Counted from the stretch's first letter, positions 27,317 through 38,062 are shown. The stretch: 60,739 bases of DNA from Bacilli bacterium (GCA_047971215.1 JBKDZI010000016.1:1-60739); one strand, 5' to 3'. A program made the numbers and translations. Notes: a model not told the origin generated them from the sequence alone.

Positions 27317-29437
27317 ATGAAGAAAAGTGTTGTTCAAATTGATAAATTTGTAGTTTTTCTAATAATCCTTTTTTTGTTGTTTTTATTTTACAGAGTTTTT
27401 TATGTAAGTTTATCAGCTGAAGTTGGTGGGATTAATATTAAAAAATTCATTGCAAATAGAAGTACTAAAGTGGAAAGTTTAATAGCTAATAGAGGAACTA
27501 TTTATACAAAAGATGGATCTGAAATACTTGCTGAGGATATTAATTCATATACTGTTATTGCATATTTAAATGAAAAAAGAAGTATAAATTATGATAAGCC
27601 TCAACATGTTGTAGATAAAAAAGCTACTGCTAAGGCTTTATCTTCGCTTATAGATATGAGTGAAGAATCTATATTAAAACTTTTAAGTAAAGATTCTTAT
27701 CAAGTAGAGTTAGGTCCTGGTGGAAGAAACATTTCAAGACTTTTAAAAGATGAAATACAGGCTTTAAATTTACCTGGAATTAGTTTTTCTACAAGCGTAA
27801 AAAGATATTATCAAAAAGGTGATTTTTTATCTTATACACTTGGATATACAAATTACGATGACGATGGCGTGCTAAAGGGACAAATGGGCCTTGAATCTAA
27901 ATATAATGAAAGTTTAACAGGTATTAACGGTTCTTTAGAATATCAAAAAGATTATTATGGATATAAATTACCAAATTCAAAAATTATTCAAATTGATCCA
28001 AAAAACGGATCTGATATTTATTTAACAATAGATTTCCAAATTCAATTTTATTTAGAACAATTTTTAAAAGAAGCAGTAGCTGGAGCTATTGATAAAGAAG
28101 TTGAAGTTACAGCAAGTGTTATGGAAGCAAAAACAGGTAAAATACTAGCAACTACTTCTTGTCCTTCATTTGATCCAAATGTTAAAAACATTTCATCTTA
28201 TATAAATCCATTTGTAGAAGCAACTTTTGAACCTGGTTCTATTATGAAAATATTTACTTATATGGCTAATATGGAAAATGGAACATATGATGAGAATACT
28301 ACTTTTAAATCTGGTTCTATAAATATTGCTGACTCAAATATTAAAGATTGGCATAATGGTGGTTTTGGTGTTATTGATTATAAGAAGGGCTTTGAATATT
28401 CTAGTAACCTTGGTGTTATAAATATGGTTAGAGAAGATATGAATGCAAAAGTTTTATCAGATTATTTTAAAAAATTAGGCTTTGGCCAAAAAACAGGTAT
28501 TGAACTTCCAAAAGAATCTATTGGAAATATTGATTTTACTTATGAAACTGAAATTGCTACTGCATCTTTTGGACAAGGTATTACAACTACTTCTATACAA
28601 CAATTACAAGCGTTAACTTCTGTTAGTAATGATGGTATTCTTTTAAAACCATATATTATTGAAAAAATTATTGATGAAAAAGGAAATACAACTTATGAAG
28701 GCATGAAAACCGAACTTGGAAGAGTTGCTTCAATTGATACAGTTAATAAAATCAGAAATTTAATGTATGATGTTATTCACAGTGATGATCAATTTGCAAC
28801 AGGTAAATCTTATAAAGTATCTGAAGTTGATTTAATTGGAAAAACTGGTACAGCTCAAGTTGCATCTAATACTGGTGGATATTCTAAAAAAACTTATATT
28901 AAAAGTTTTGTAGGTATGTTCCCAAAAGATGATCCGGAAATTGTTATTACAATATCATCAAAAGGAAAAGATGTTTCTACTGGTCCTATTAATAAATATG
29001 TTATTACAAACGCTGTTAAAGCTATTGCTAAGTATTTAGATAAAGAAGTAGTAAAAGATGAAATCTTTGAAACTGTTACTATAGATAATTATATAAATAC
29101 AGATATAACTAGTACCTCATCAAAGTTAGATGGGCAAAAAATAAATTATAAAGTTATTGGTAGTGGAGAGAAAATAATAGCGCAATATCCTAAAAATACA
29201 TCAGATTTTATTGATACTTTGTACTTAATTACAAATAATGAAAATGTGCAAATCGATTTTACTGGTATGTCTAAATTAGAAGCTACTAATATATGTAATT
29301 TGACTAAGTCCTCTTGTATATTTAATGGCATAGGTTATGTAAAAAATTCCATTTTTGAAAATAATACATATACTTTAACTTTTGAAAAACGATTTACAAT
29401 ATCTAATGAACCACAAATTGATAATAAAGATAAATAA
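27317..29437 (+). CDS. Class B penicillin-binding protein of the dcw cluster (PBP2B/SpoVD/FtsI-like) with a C-terminal PASTA-like region
   Basis: S-x-x-K (GSIMKIF), S-x-N (YSSNLG), K-T-G (GKTGTAQ). About 130 aa of C-terminal extension after the transpeptidase domain. Confidence 0.85.
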   Translation: MKKSVVQIDKFVVFLIILFLLFLFYRVFYVSLSAEVGGINIKKFIANRSTKVESLIANRGTIYTKDGSEILAEDINSYTVIAYLNEKRSINYDKPQHVVDKKATAKALSSLIDMSEESILKLLSKDSYQVELGPGGRNISRLLKDEIQALNLPGISFSTSVKRYYQKGDFLSYTLGYTNYDDDGVLKGQMGLESKYNESLTGINGSLEYQKDYYGYKLPNSKIIQIDPKNGSDIYLTIDFQIQFYLEQFLKEAVAGAIDKEVEVTASVMEAKTGKILATTSCPSFDPNVKNISSYINPFVEATFEPGSIMKIFTYMANMENGTYDENTTFKSGSINIADSNIKDWHNGGFGVIDYKKGFEYSSNLGVINMVREDMNAKVLSDYFKKLGFGQKTGIELPKESIGNIDFTYETEIATASFGQGITTTSIQQLQALTSVSNDGILLKPYIIEKIIDEKGNTTYEGMKTELGRVASIDTVNKIRNLMYDVIHSDDQFATGKSYKVSEVDLIGKTGTAQVASNTGGYSKKTYIKSFVGMFPKDDPEIVITISSKGKDVSTGPINKYVITNAVKAIAKYLDKEVVKDEIFETVTIDNYINTDITSTSSKLDGQKINYKVIGSGEKIIAQYPKNTSDFIDTLYLITNNENVQIDFTGMSKLEATNICNLTKSSCIFNGIGYVKNSIFENNTYTLTFEKRFTISNEPQIDNKDK

Positions 29438-29447
29438 AAAAATCAGT

Positions 29448-30521
29448 TTAATATTGAACTGATTTTTCTTGTTTTAAATAAATTATAATGGGAATAATTA
29501 AAAATACTAAAATAAAAGGATAGTAATAATATTTAATTAAAATATTGTAAATTTTATCAAAAGTAAATAAACTACTAGATCCAAAAGCTAAAATTCCTGC
29601 TGGAATTAGTACAAGACTTGATTCCTTTTTAAAAAAATTTAAGCTACCTTTGTAAACAAAATATAATACATAAATAATTGTAAGAACAATAAATACAATG
29701 TAGATTAAGGAAATTAAGTTATCTATTCTACCAAATATTCTAAAAGCACTAATTTTACTTAAAAGCATTACTATTGGATAATCTGCCATAAAAGTGTATT
29801 TGTAAGTTATAATTGTACTAATTAAAAACATAGTCAAAATGAAAAATATATTAGCATAAATATAACTTCTAAATATCTTTTTTTCTTCATAAAATTTTAC
29901 TTCTTTTTGTCTTATTATTAACATTGTAAAATTAGGTAAAATACATAAAGTTAAAAAGATAAAAATTGTTTTAAATATATTATCATTAGTAACGCTTGTT
30001 TCTTTTAATAAAATAGGTAAATCTACTTTTGTAATTAAAAATAGATAGGTAATTCCAATAATAAGTAATGTTAAAAATATTAAAAGACTACTTCCTCTAA
30101 AAAAACCTTCTATTCCATATTTTAAAATAAATGTACAAAGAACAATAATTATAAAATTGATAAATAATACTGGGGTATTTTGTAAAAATTCATAATTTAT
30201 GAAGAAACTAAATTCATAAGTTAAATATCCAAGTAATAATGAAACTACTAAAATAGTAATTACATTAATAGTTTTCCCTAAAAAATTTCCAAAAACATGA
30301 TTATTAATTTCCATTATATTCATATCTTTATATTTATTTTGGATATTTAAAAATAATTTAATAGGAATGAAACCAATTATTGATGCAATAATAAGGCTTA
30401 AACAAGTTTTATTTAAAGTGGTTTCTACAAAGAAACTCATAATAGAAGTTGTCAAAAATGAGCAGATTATTAAAAAACTTAAATTTCTATATTCATAAAT
30501 ATTTATTTGGTTTTCTTTCAT
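29448..30521 (-). CDS. Spore germination receptor subunit B (GerAB/GerKB-family permease-like)
   Basis: 357 aa, about 10 TM helices. Last gene of a gerA-type A-C-B operon; overlaps the upstream gene by 1 nt. Confidence 0.75.
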   Translation of the reverse strand: MKENQINIYEYRNLSFLIICSFLTTSIMSFFVETTLNKTCLSLIIASIIGFIPIKLFLNIQNKYKDMNIMEINNHVFGNFLGKTINVITILVVSLLLGYLTYEFSFFINYEFLQNTPVLFINFIIIVLCTFILKYGIEGFFRGSSLLIFLTLLIIGITYLFLITKVDLPILLKETSVTNDNIFKTIFIFLTLCILPNFTMLIIRQKEVKFYEEKKIFRSYIYANIFFILTMFLISTIITYKYTFMADYPIVMLLSKISAFRIFGRIDNLISLIYIVFIVLTIIYVLYFVYKGSLNFFKKESSLVLIPAGILAFGSSSLFTFDKIYNILIKYYYYPFILVFLIIPIIIYLKQEKSVQY

Positions 30522-31402
30522 TAAATATCTCCTCCTATAAAATCAATATCAAATTTTTCATAATTATCTTTTAAATAATTTTTAATTTGTTTTTTAACAG
30601 TTTCTCCATATTTGATTTCATTAATCATAAAAGTTGCTTTAAAAGTATTGTTATTTTCTTCTTTATTTATAAGCATTAAAACAATATCTTTGTAATTGTA
30701 TTCTTCATTAGTACCAAAAAAAACTATTCTGTTTAAATTAAGTAGTGCATAAAGTTTTGTTTTATAAGTAGATAATGTAGTTAAATGTTCATTATTTTTA
30801 TACAATCTAATTTGAGTTGAGCTATATAAAAATTCACCATTATTTTCTTCTTTTGTTAAAACTGGTATATAAAAATCTTCTTTGTTTTCTATAAATCCTA
30901 ACAATTTATAATATTGCATACTTAAATTTAAATTATAACTATTATTTTTAAAAATACTTTCATTTGCAAAATTACTTTCTTCTAAAGTATTAATTTCAAA
31001 CTGCTCATCAATTAAGTCAAAAGCATTTCCATTTTCTGTTATAAGGACTAAAAATTCTTTATTAATTTCATTTTGCTCTTTAAAATATTCCATAATAGTA
31101 AATAAATAATCTTTAGAATTATTTCCAATAACTATAGCTTCTAAATGTCCTAAATATAGTTCTTTTTTAATTTTATTATCCAATTTTAAAAGAGCATCAC
31201 TAATAGTTTTTCCACTTTCATTATAAGTTTTTATTTTCATTTGGTTATTTTCTGATTCTAAAGTATTTATAGTAATAATATAATTTTCATTTTTATAATC
31301 AATACCCATACTATTTACTATGTTTAAAGTATTAATTTCTTTATAATCAAAGCATCCTGTAAAAAGAGTTAGAGATAAAATTAAAAATATTATTTTTTTC
31401 AT
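30521..31402 (-). CDS. Spore germination receptor subunit C (Ger(x)C lipoprotein)
   Basis: Lipobox LTLFTGC followed by FDYKEINTLNIVNSMGIDY, the typical GerAC N-terminus. Confidence 0.8.
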   Translation of the reverse strand: MKKIIFLILSLTLFTGCFDYKEINTLNIVNSMGIDYKNENYIITINTLESENNQMKIKTYNESGKTISDALLKLDNKIKKELYLGHLEAIVIGNNSKDYLFTIMEYFKEQNEINKEFLVLITENGNAFDLIDEQFEINTLEESNFANESIFKNNSYNLNLSMQYYKLLGFIENKEDFYIPVLTKEENNGEFLYSSTQIRLYKNNEHLTTLSTYKTKLYALLNLNRIVFFGTNEEYNYKDIVLMLINKEENNNTFKATFMINEIKYGETVKKQIKNYLKDNYEKFDIDFIGGDI

Positions 31403-32817
31403 ATTTCTCTCTCCTTATATCTAGTTCTATTCCTTTGTACAAGTATTTCATCTCTTTTATTAAGTTTTTTTCTTGATTGTCTAAAAATTACATCTTTTTT
31501 ATTTAAATAAAGTGGAGCAAAAGGATATAAAAATGGTTTTCCAAAAGTATTCATACTACTTATTTTTAGTATGAAAAATATTATTCCAATATATATACCT
31601 GGTGTACCTAAAAGAAGTGCAAAGGCAATAAATATTAATCTATAAAATCTAATTGCATTTATCATATCCATATTGGAAAATACAAGTCCACTAATTGTAG
31701 AGATTGCTATTACGATAATCATAATAGGAGAAACTAGACCTGCTGAAACTGCTGCCTCACCTAATACTAAACCACCAACAATAGAAAGTGCAGAACCTAC
31801 AGAACTTGGAAATCTAGTATCACTTTCTTTAATTATTTCAAAAGCCAAAATCATAAAAAGTGCTTCTGCTATACTTGGAAAAGCAATAGAGCTTCTTTGA
31901 GAGGCAAAAGCTAAAAAGAGCTTTGTAGGTATAATTTCTGGATTGTATGTTGTAATACCTAAATATAATCCAGGTAAAATAATTGCAGTAAAAAATGCGA
32001 ATATTCTAATCATCCTAGTAAAAGATACGTTAATACTTTTTTGATAATAATCTTCTGGAACATGAAAAAAATCAATAAATAATGAAGGAATAATAAGTGC
32101 AACAGGGGAATTTTCAGTAATTATTACAACTTTTCCTTCTAATAATGCTTCACAAACTAAATCTGGTTTTTCAGTTTTAATACAAGTAGGTATTGGATCT
32201 TTTTCTGGAATAATTAATTCTTCTATATAATGACTATCAAAAATTCCATCTATATCAATTTTAGAAAGTCTTTTTTCAATATCTGCAATTAATTCTTTAG
32301 AAGAAATATTTTTAATAGATAAAATTCCAATTCTTGTTTTTGTATAACGACCAATTATATGTTCATTTAAATTTAAATTTAAAGATTTAATACGTTTTCT
32401 AACAAGCGCAATATTTGAATTATAACTTTCGTTTAATGCTTCTTTTGAACCATGTATAGTAACTTCTGTTGTAGATTCACTAATAGATCTATCTATTGGA
32501 CCACGTGATTCAAAACCATATAAATATTTGCCTACATTTATTAAAATAAAACCACCAAAAAGTAAAGACTCTGCCATTGTAAAATTAGTTACTTCAATAA
32601 ATTTTGCAAGAGGAACCTTTTCCTTAAAGTAATTTTCTATGTCATAAATATTTTCAACATTAGTAATTCTAGGTAAAAATTCATTAATATTAAAATCACT
32701 AATTATAGGAGAGCAAAAAGTTAAGTTCAATGTTACATTTGTAAGTTTAATTTTTTTACTACTAAAATCTGGTTGTTTACCAATCTTTATTAAAATTTTT
32801 TCATAAATTTCATTCAT
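31399..32817 (-). CDS. Spore germination receptor subunit A (GerAA/GerKA family)
   Basis: 472 aa: soluble N-domain plus a C-terminal 4-5 TM region, with ...RGPIDRSISESTTEVTIHGSKEAL.E... and ...PSIAEALFMILAFEIIKE... family motifs. Confidence 0.85.
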   Translation of the reverse strand: MNEIYEKILIKIGKQPDFSSKKIKLTNVTLNLTFCSPIISDFNINEFLPRITNVENIYDIENYFKEKVPLAKFIEVTNFTMAESLLFGGFILINVGKYLYGFESRGPIDRSISESTTEVTIHGSKEALNESYNSNIALVRKRIKSLNLNLNEHIIGRYTKTRIGILSIKNISSKELIADIEKRLSKIDIDGIFDSHYIEELIIPEKDPIPTCIKTEKPDLVCEALLEGKVVIITENSPVALIIPSLFIDFFHVPEDYYQKSINVSFTRMIRIFAFFTAIILPGLYLGITTYNPEIIPTKLFLAFASQRSSIAFPSIAEALFMILAFEIIKESDTRFPSSVGSALSIVGGLVLGEAAVSAGLVSPIMIIVIAISTISGLVFSNMDMINAIRFYRLIFIAFALLLGTPGIYIGIIFFILKISSMNTFGKPFLYPFAPLYLNKKDVIFRQSRKKLNKRDEILVQRNRTRYKEREI

Positions 32818-32901
32818 ATTTTCACCTTTTAATAACTTTTACAAAAAGTTTATTTTTATACATTTTACTTGTTTTTTATACATTTTTTAGATACACTATA
32901 A

Positions 32902-34143
32902 ATGGTGGTAAAAGTGTTTTTATTAAAAGAAAATAAATATAAAATTATTTTAAATAAACAAATAAGTAATAATGATTTAGAAACAATAAATTTATTTTAT
33001 GCTCCTTTAATTGGACATAAAGCAATAAGTTTATATATGCACTTTTACTTTAATCAAAAAGAAGTTTATTTTACTCATGATTATTTAGTTTTAAATTTAG
33101 GCACAAGTCTTTCAAAAATTGAAAATGCACGAGAAAAATTAGAAGCAATTGGACTTTTAAAATCTTATGTAAAAACAGGTGAGTATGTATATGAATTATT
33201 TACTCCACTAAGCTGTTTTGAATTTATGAATCATCCACTTTTAGGAGAATTTTTAAGAAGTAATGTAGATAGTTCAACTTTTAATCATTTGTCTAAATTA
33301 TGTGAAAATGAAAAAATAAATTTAAATGAATATAAAAATATAAGTAAATCTTTTAAAGAAATATTTAGGTTTAATAAGATTTCTACAAAAGATTATAGTA
33401 TTAAAAAAGATAGTAACATTGTAATAAATAGTAATTTAAAAATTGAATTAATTAAAGAATCAGTTAATAAAAACAATTTTAACAAAAATGCATTTAATGA
33501 AGAAATAATAGAAATGATTAATTCTATAAATCATATTTATAATTTAGATGAACTTAAAATAATTAAACTTTTAAATTCTTCTGTTGATATTAATGGTTTT
33601 ATAAATAAAAGTGATTTTAAAGATAAAGCGCGGAAAATGTATTCTTTAGAAAATGGTACTAAGCCTAATTTAGTTTATAAAAATATTACAAATGAAAGTA
33701 TTGTTGATCAAAAAGATCCTATGTCTAAATTAATTTATGAATTTGAAAATAGTAGTATCAATGAATTTTTATCTTCAAAATCAATGGGTCGTGCTAATAA
33801 AAGAGATTTAACTGTTATAGAAAAGGTATTGATAGATAATAAATTAAGTATTCCAGTTATGAATGTTATTGTTGATTATTCTCTTAGAGTTTGTGATAAT
33901 AAATTAAATTCTGGATTTTTAGAATATGTTGCAGGATTTTTTAGTAGAAATAAAATTAAAACAGCTAAAGATGCTATAGAGCTTGCAAAAAAGGAACATA
34001 AAAAATTTAAACAATATAAAAATAATCCTAAAGGAAAAACGTATGTTAAAAAACAAGAAATAGTTCCTAAATGGGCATATGAAAAAAATGAAACAAAATA
34101 TACAAATGAATTAGATAATATATTTAAAGATTACACGAGGTGA
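32902..34143 (+). CDS. dnaB: Replication initiation / helicase-loading protein DnaB (Bacillus-type, DnaD/DnaB family; not the helicase)
   Basis: N-terminus ...LFYAPLIGHKAISLYMHFY... and a C-terminal DnaD-like domain (...DLTVIEKVLIDNKLSIPVMNVIVDYSLRV...). Immediately precedes dnaI. Confidence 0.7.
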   Translation: MVVKVFLLKENKYKIILNKQISNNDLETINLFYAPLIGHKAISLYMHFYFNQKEVYFTHDYLVLNLGTSLSKIENAREKLEAIGLLKSYVKTGEYVYELFTPLSCFEFMNHPLLGEFLRSNVDSSTFNHLSKLCENEKINLNEYKNISKSFKEIFRFNKISTKDYSIKKDSNIVINSNLKIELIKESVNKNNFNKNAFNEEIIEMINSINHIYNLDELKIIKLLNSSVDINGFINKSDFKDKARKMYSLENGTKPNLVYKNITNESIVDQKDPMSKLIYEFENSSINEFLSSKSMGRANKRDLTVIEKVLIDNKLSIPVMNVIVDYSLRVCDNKLNSGFLEYVAGFFSRNKIKTAKDAIELAKKEHKKFKQYKNNPKGKTYVKKQEIVPKWAYEKNETKYTNELDNIFKDYTR

Positions 34144-34147
34144 TATT

Positions 34148-35056
34148 ATGAAAAGTATGAAAAATTTTATTGATCCTAAAATGGATAATGCAATGAAAAA
34201 ACAGTTTTTAGAGTCTTGCACAAATAAAGATTTTGAAAAATTTGTTTCTTCTTTTCAACTTAGTAATGATAAGTTAATTAAATATACATCTAAGTTAAAT
34301 AAAAATTTTAAAGAATGTAAAAATTGTAGTGTATGTACATCTGTTAATTGTTGTCAAAATGAAATGAAGGGTTATAAATATAGTGGTAAAAAAATAGATG
34401 AAAAGCTGCATTTTAAGTATGTAGTTTGTAATAAAAGTTTTAAAGAAAATAAAGAAAATGCTTATAAGAAAAACATTATTTTATTTGATGGAAGTATAAA
34501 TGAAGATGCTTCTTTAAAAAATATTTATACTAATGATTTAAATAGAAAAGAGATATTACTTTTTTGTAAGAAATTTTTAGATGATTATAAAACAAATAAA
34601 CATATAAAAGGAGCATATATTCATGGAAGTTTTGGTAGTGGTAAAACTTTTATAATTAGTAGTTTAATAAATGAACTTGCTAAAAATGAAGTTAAATGTG
34701 TATTTGTCCATTTCCCAGAATTTTTAAGAACTTTAAAAGCATCTTTTAATGAACAATATGGTTATGAACGTAAATTTACAATAGTTAAAAATTGTGATGT
34801 ATTAGTTTTAGATGATATTGGAGCTGAAACTGTAACACAATGGGCTAGAGATGAAATTTTAGGAACTATTTTACAATATAGAATGACTAAAAATTTACCT
34901 ACATTTTTTACATCAAATTTTAGTATTTTAGATCTTGAAGTACATCTATCATCTTCTAAAAATTCAGATGACATTTTAAAAGCAAAACGTATTATTGAAA
35001 GAATAAAATTTTTAACTAAAGAAATAGTTTTAATTAGTCAAAATAATAGAAAATAA
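34148..35056 (+). CDS. dnaI: Helicase loader DnaI (AAA+)
   Basis: N-terminal Cys-rich Zn module (CKNCSVCTSVNCC), Walker A GSFGSGKTF and Walker B VLVLDDIGAE. Confidence 0.85.
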   Translation: MKSMKNFIDPKMDNAMKKQFLESCTNKDFEKFVSSFQLSNDKLIKYTSKLNKNFKECKNCSVCTSVNCCQNEMKGYKYSGKKIDEKLHFKYVVCNKSFKENKENAYKKNIILFDGSINEDASLKNIYTNDLNRKEILLFCKKFLDDYKTNKHIKGAYIHGSFGSGKTFIISSLINELAKNEVKCVFVHFPEFLRTLKASFNEQYGYERKFTIVKNCDVLVLDDIGAETVTQWARDEILGTILQYRMTKNLPTFFTSNFSILDLEVHLSSSKNSDDILKAKRIIERIKFLTKEIVLISQNNRK

Positions 35057-35130
35057 ATTTACTTTATAAAGCAAGGTATTTAAAATAATAGTAAAAAATG
35101 GTAAAATGTATATAAAGTTAGGAGGGTGTT

Positions 35131-36549
35131 ATGAAAATAATTGGATCTATTGAAGAACTTATTTTAAATCTTAAGCAATACAATAACAATGAAGATGATA
35201 TTTCATTTGTCAAAAAAGCATATTATTTTGCTGAAAAGAAACACAAAAATCAATTTAGATTAAGTGGAGAAAAATATATTATACATCCTCTTAATGTAGC
35301 AGAAATTATTGTAGAATTAAAATTATCTGTAAATTTAGTTTGCGCAGCACTTTTACATGATACTTTAGAAGATTGTGATGTAACTGAAGAAGAAATAGAA
35401 AATAAATTTGGAAAAGATATTTTATATTTAGTTAAAGGTATGACTAAAATGAATTTATCAAAAACTTCAAATAAAGATGCTGAAAATTTTAAAAAAATTC
35501 TTTTATCAATTGTAGAAGATATTAGAATAATAGTTTTAAAGCTTGCAGATAGACTTCATAATATGAATACAATGGAATTTATGCCATTACATAAACAATT
35601 TCAAAAATCAACTCAAACTATGGAAGTATTTGTAAAAACTGCGAAAATGCTCGGAATGTATAGAATAAAATGTGAACTTGAAGATTTATGTTTTTTATAT
35701 TTGGAAAAAAATGAATATGAAAAAATTAGTTTTTTAAAACAAAAATTTATAACTGAAAATAAAGCAAAAATTGATAGAACTGTAAAAGACATAAAAAAAT
35801 TAACTAATTTAGAAGTTCAATGTTCTTATTTAAATAATTATGGAATTTATAAAAAATTAAATTCTGGATATACTATTGATTCTATAATAGATTTAGTTTC
35901 AATAAAAATACTTGCCTTAAATAAAATGGATTGTTATAAAATTTTAGGAATTGTTCATTCAAAATATAGTCATATGACTAATAAAATAAAAGATTATATA
36001 TCAATACCAAAATTAAATGGATTTAGTTCAATTTTAACTACTATCTTTGGTAAAGACAGATTAACTTACAATATACAAATATGCACTAAAAAAATGGATA
36101 ATATAAATGTTCATGGTGTTATATATGAACTTAAAACAAAACCTCTTGAAGAACTTACTACTTATATTAAAAAAAATTATAATTTAATTGAAAATATAGA
36201 TATGCTTAGTGATAATTCAAAAGAAGCTATAGAATTTGTAGATGATGTAAAAACTGAACTTTTTAGTAAAAATGTTTATGTTTATACTTTTTCAGGTGAT
36301 ATTATAAAATTAAAAGCTGGTTCAACTATTTTAGATTTTGCATTTGAAATTAATGAAAATTTAGGATTTTACTTTGATAGAGCTGTTGTCAATTTCTCAA
36401 GAGTTGATGTAACTTATAAACCACAAAATCGTGATATTATAAAAATATTTGTGAAAGAAAAACTAAATGATAAATTGTTTTTAATTGAAAACGTAGAAAC
36501 TAAAAAGGCTATAAATATTATTAAAAATAAAGTTGACTTAAATATATAA
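35131..36549 (+). CDS. Truncated RelA/SpoT homolog: intact HD hydrolase motifs, degenerate synthetase motifs, a TGS domain, and no C-terminal regulatory domains
   Basis: Hydrolase motifs look intact: RLSGEKYIIHPLNVA, LLHDTLED, ADRLHNM. Synthetase region: CSYLNNYGIYKKL (consensus GRxKxxYSIYxKM), FSSILTT (consensus YQSLHTT), NIQICT (consensus EVQIRT). TGS: VYVYTFSGDIIKLKAGSTILDFAF. The protein ends at 472 aa. Confidence 0.8.
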   Translation: MKIIGSIEELILNLKQYNNNEDDISFVKKAYYFAEKKHKNQFRLSGEKYIIHPLNVAEIIVELKLSVNLVCAALLHDTLEDCDVTEEEIENKFGKDILYLVKGMTKMNLSKTSNKDAENFKKILLSIVEDIRIIVLKLADRLHNMNTMEFMPLHKQFQKSTQTMEVFVKTAKMLGMYRIKCELEDLCFLYLEKNEYEKISFLKQKFITENKAKIDRTVKDIKKLTNLEVQCSYLNNYGIYKKLNSGYTIDSIIDLVSIKILALNKMDCYKILGIVHSKYSHMTNKIKDYISIPKLNGFSSILTTIFGKDRLTYNIQICTKKMDNINVHGVIYELKTKPLEELTTYIKKNYNLIENIDMLSDNSKEAIEFVDDVKTELFSKNVYVYTFSGDIIKLKAGSTILDFAFEINENLGFYFDRAVVNFSRVDVTYKPQNRDIIKIFVKEKLNDKLFLIENVETKKAINIIKNKVDLNI

Positions 36550-36598
36550 TAATGTTATATATTATTTATATAAGAATATAAAATTCTAGGGAGGAAAA

Positions 36599-37969
36599 AT
36601 GAAAAAAGATATGAATAATTTAGTTAATTTTTGTAAAAAATATGGATTTATATACCAAGGTAGTGAAATTTATGATGGTCTTGCAAATACTTGGGATTAC
36701 GGACCATTAGGTTCAATTTTGAAAAATAACATTAAAAATGCATGGCGACATTTTTATATTCAAAATAATGATAATTCTTATGAAGTTGATGCATCTATTT
36801 TAATGCATCCGCGTGTTTGGGAAGCAAGTGGACATATTTCCTCTTTTTCTGATCCTTTAATGGATTGTAAATCCTGTAAAATGCGACATAGAGCAGATAA
36901 AATGATAGAAGACTTTACAAATGGAGATATTAGTGGTGATTCTATGAGTCATGATGAAATGCATTCATTTATTGTTGATAATAAAATAGTATGTCCTAAT
37001 TGTGGTAAACTTGATTATACCGAGATTCGTGAGTTTAATTTAATGTTTCAAACTCAAAGAGGTGTTACAAAAGATTCAAAAAATATTGTATATTTAAGAC
37101 CAGAAACAGCACAAGGTCAATTTGTTAATTTTCAAAACGTTCAAAGAAGTATGAGATGTAAAATACCTTTTGGTATTGGACAAATTGGTAAAGCTTTTAG
37201 AAATGAAATTACTCCAGGTAACTTTACTTTTAGAACTATAGAATTTGAACAAATGGAACATCAGTTATTTTGTAAAAATGGTCAAGATGAAGAAATTTAT
37301 GATTTTTATAAAAAATATGCTCTTGATTTTTTAACTTCTATTGGTCTTAAAAAAGAAAATTTAAGATATAAAGATCATGAAAAACTAGCACATTATGCTA
37401 AAGCTGCATGTGATATAGAATATAGATTTCCATTTGGTTTTGGAGAAATAAATGGTACTCATAATAGAACAGATTATGATTTGAGTAGACATAAAGAATA
37501 TTCAGGTCAAAATTTAGAATATTTAGATCCAATTACTAATGAAAAATTTATACCATTTGTTATTGAATCAACATTTGGTGCCGATAGACTTGCCCTTGCA
37601 GTTTTAAATGAGGCTTTCACAGTCATTGAAGAAGGGGAAGAAACTAGAGAAATTTTAAAACTTAATCCAAGGCTAGCACCATATAAAGTTGCTGTACTTC
37701 CTTTAATAAAAAAATATCATAGTGAGAAAGGGGAAGAAGTTTATAAATTATTTAAAAAAGAATTTATGTCTTTATATGATGATGCTGGAACTATTGGTAA
37801 AAGATATAGACGTCAAGATATTATTGGAACTCTTTATTGTATAACAATTGACGATAATACATTAAATGATAATATTGTTACAATTAGATATAGAGATACT
37901 ATGAAACAAATTTCTTTACCAGTTAAAGAAGCTATAAAATATATTAAAGAAAATATTGAAAAGTACTAA
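36599..37969 (+). CDS. glyQS: Glycine--tRNA ligase (dimeric class II, GlyQS type)
   Basis: 456 aa. ...YGFIYQGSEIYDGLANTWDYGPLG..., YLRPETAQG, FRNEITPGNFTFRTIEFEQME, GADRL. Confidence 0.95.
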   Translation: MKKDMNNLVNFCKKYGFIYQGSEIYDGLANTWDYGPLGSILKNNIKNAWRHFYIQNNDNSYEVDASILMHPRVWEASGHISSFSDPLMDCKSCKMRHRADKMIEDFTNGDISGDSMSHDEMHSFIVDNKIVCPNCGKLDYTEIREFNLMFQTQRGVTKDSKNIVYLRPETAQGQFVNFQNVQRSMRCKIPFGIGQIGKAFRNEITPGNFTFRTIEFEQMEHQLFCKNGQDEEIYDFYKKYALDFLTSIGLKKENLRYKDHEKLAHYAKAACDIEYRFPFGFGEINGTHNRTDYDLSRHKEYSGQNLEYLDPITNEKFIPFVIESTFGADRLALAVLNEAFTVIEEGEETREILKLNPRLAPYKVAVLPLIKKYHSEKGEEVYKLFKKEFMSLYDDAGTIGKRYRRQDIIGTLYCITIDDNTLNDNIVTIRYRDTMKQISLPVKEAIKYIKENIEKY

Positions 37970-38062
37970 ATTCGACAAATTAGTACTTTTTTGATTGTAA
38001 ATACTTGAAGTATAAAGTGTATCGTGTTATAATTTGAAATGAAATGAGGGGAGGTTTGTTCT

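Noticed and set aside
31673-31900. 75-aa plus-strand ORF inside gerAA
   Set aside because: It is antisense to the conserved membrane domain of the GerAA-family gene, with no RBS or motif.
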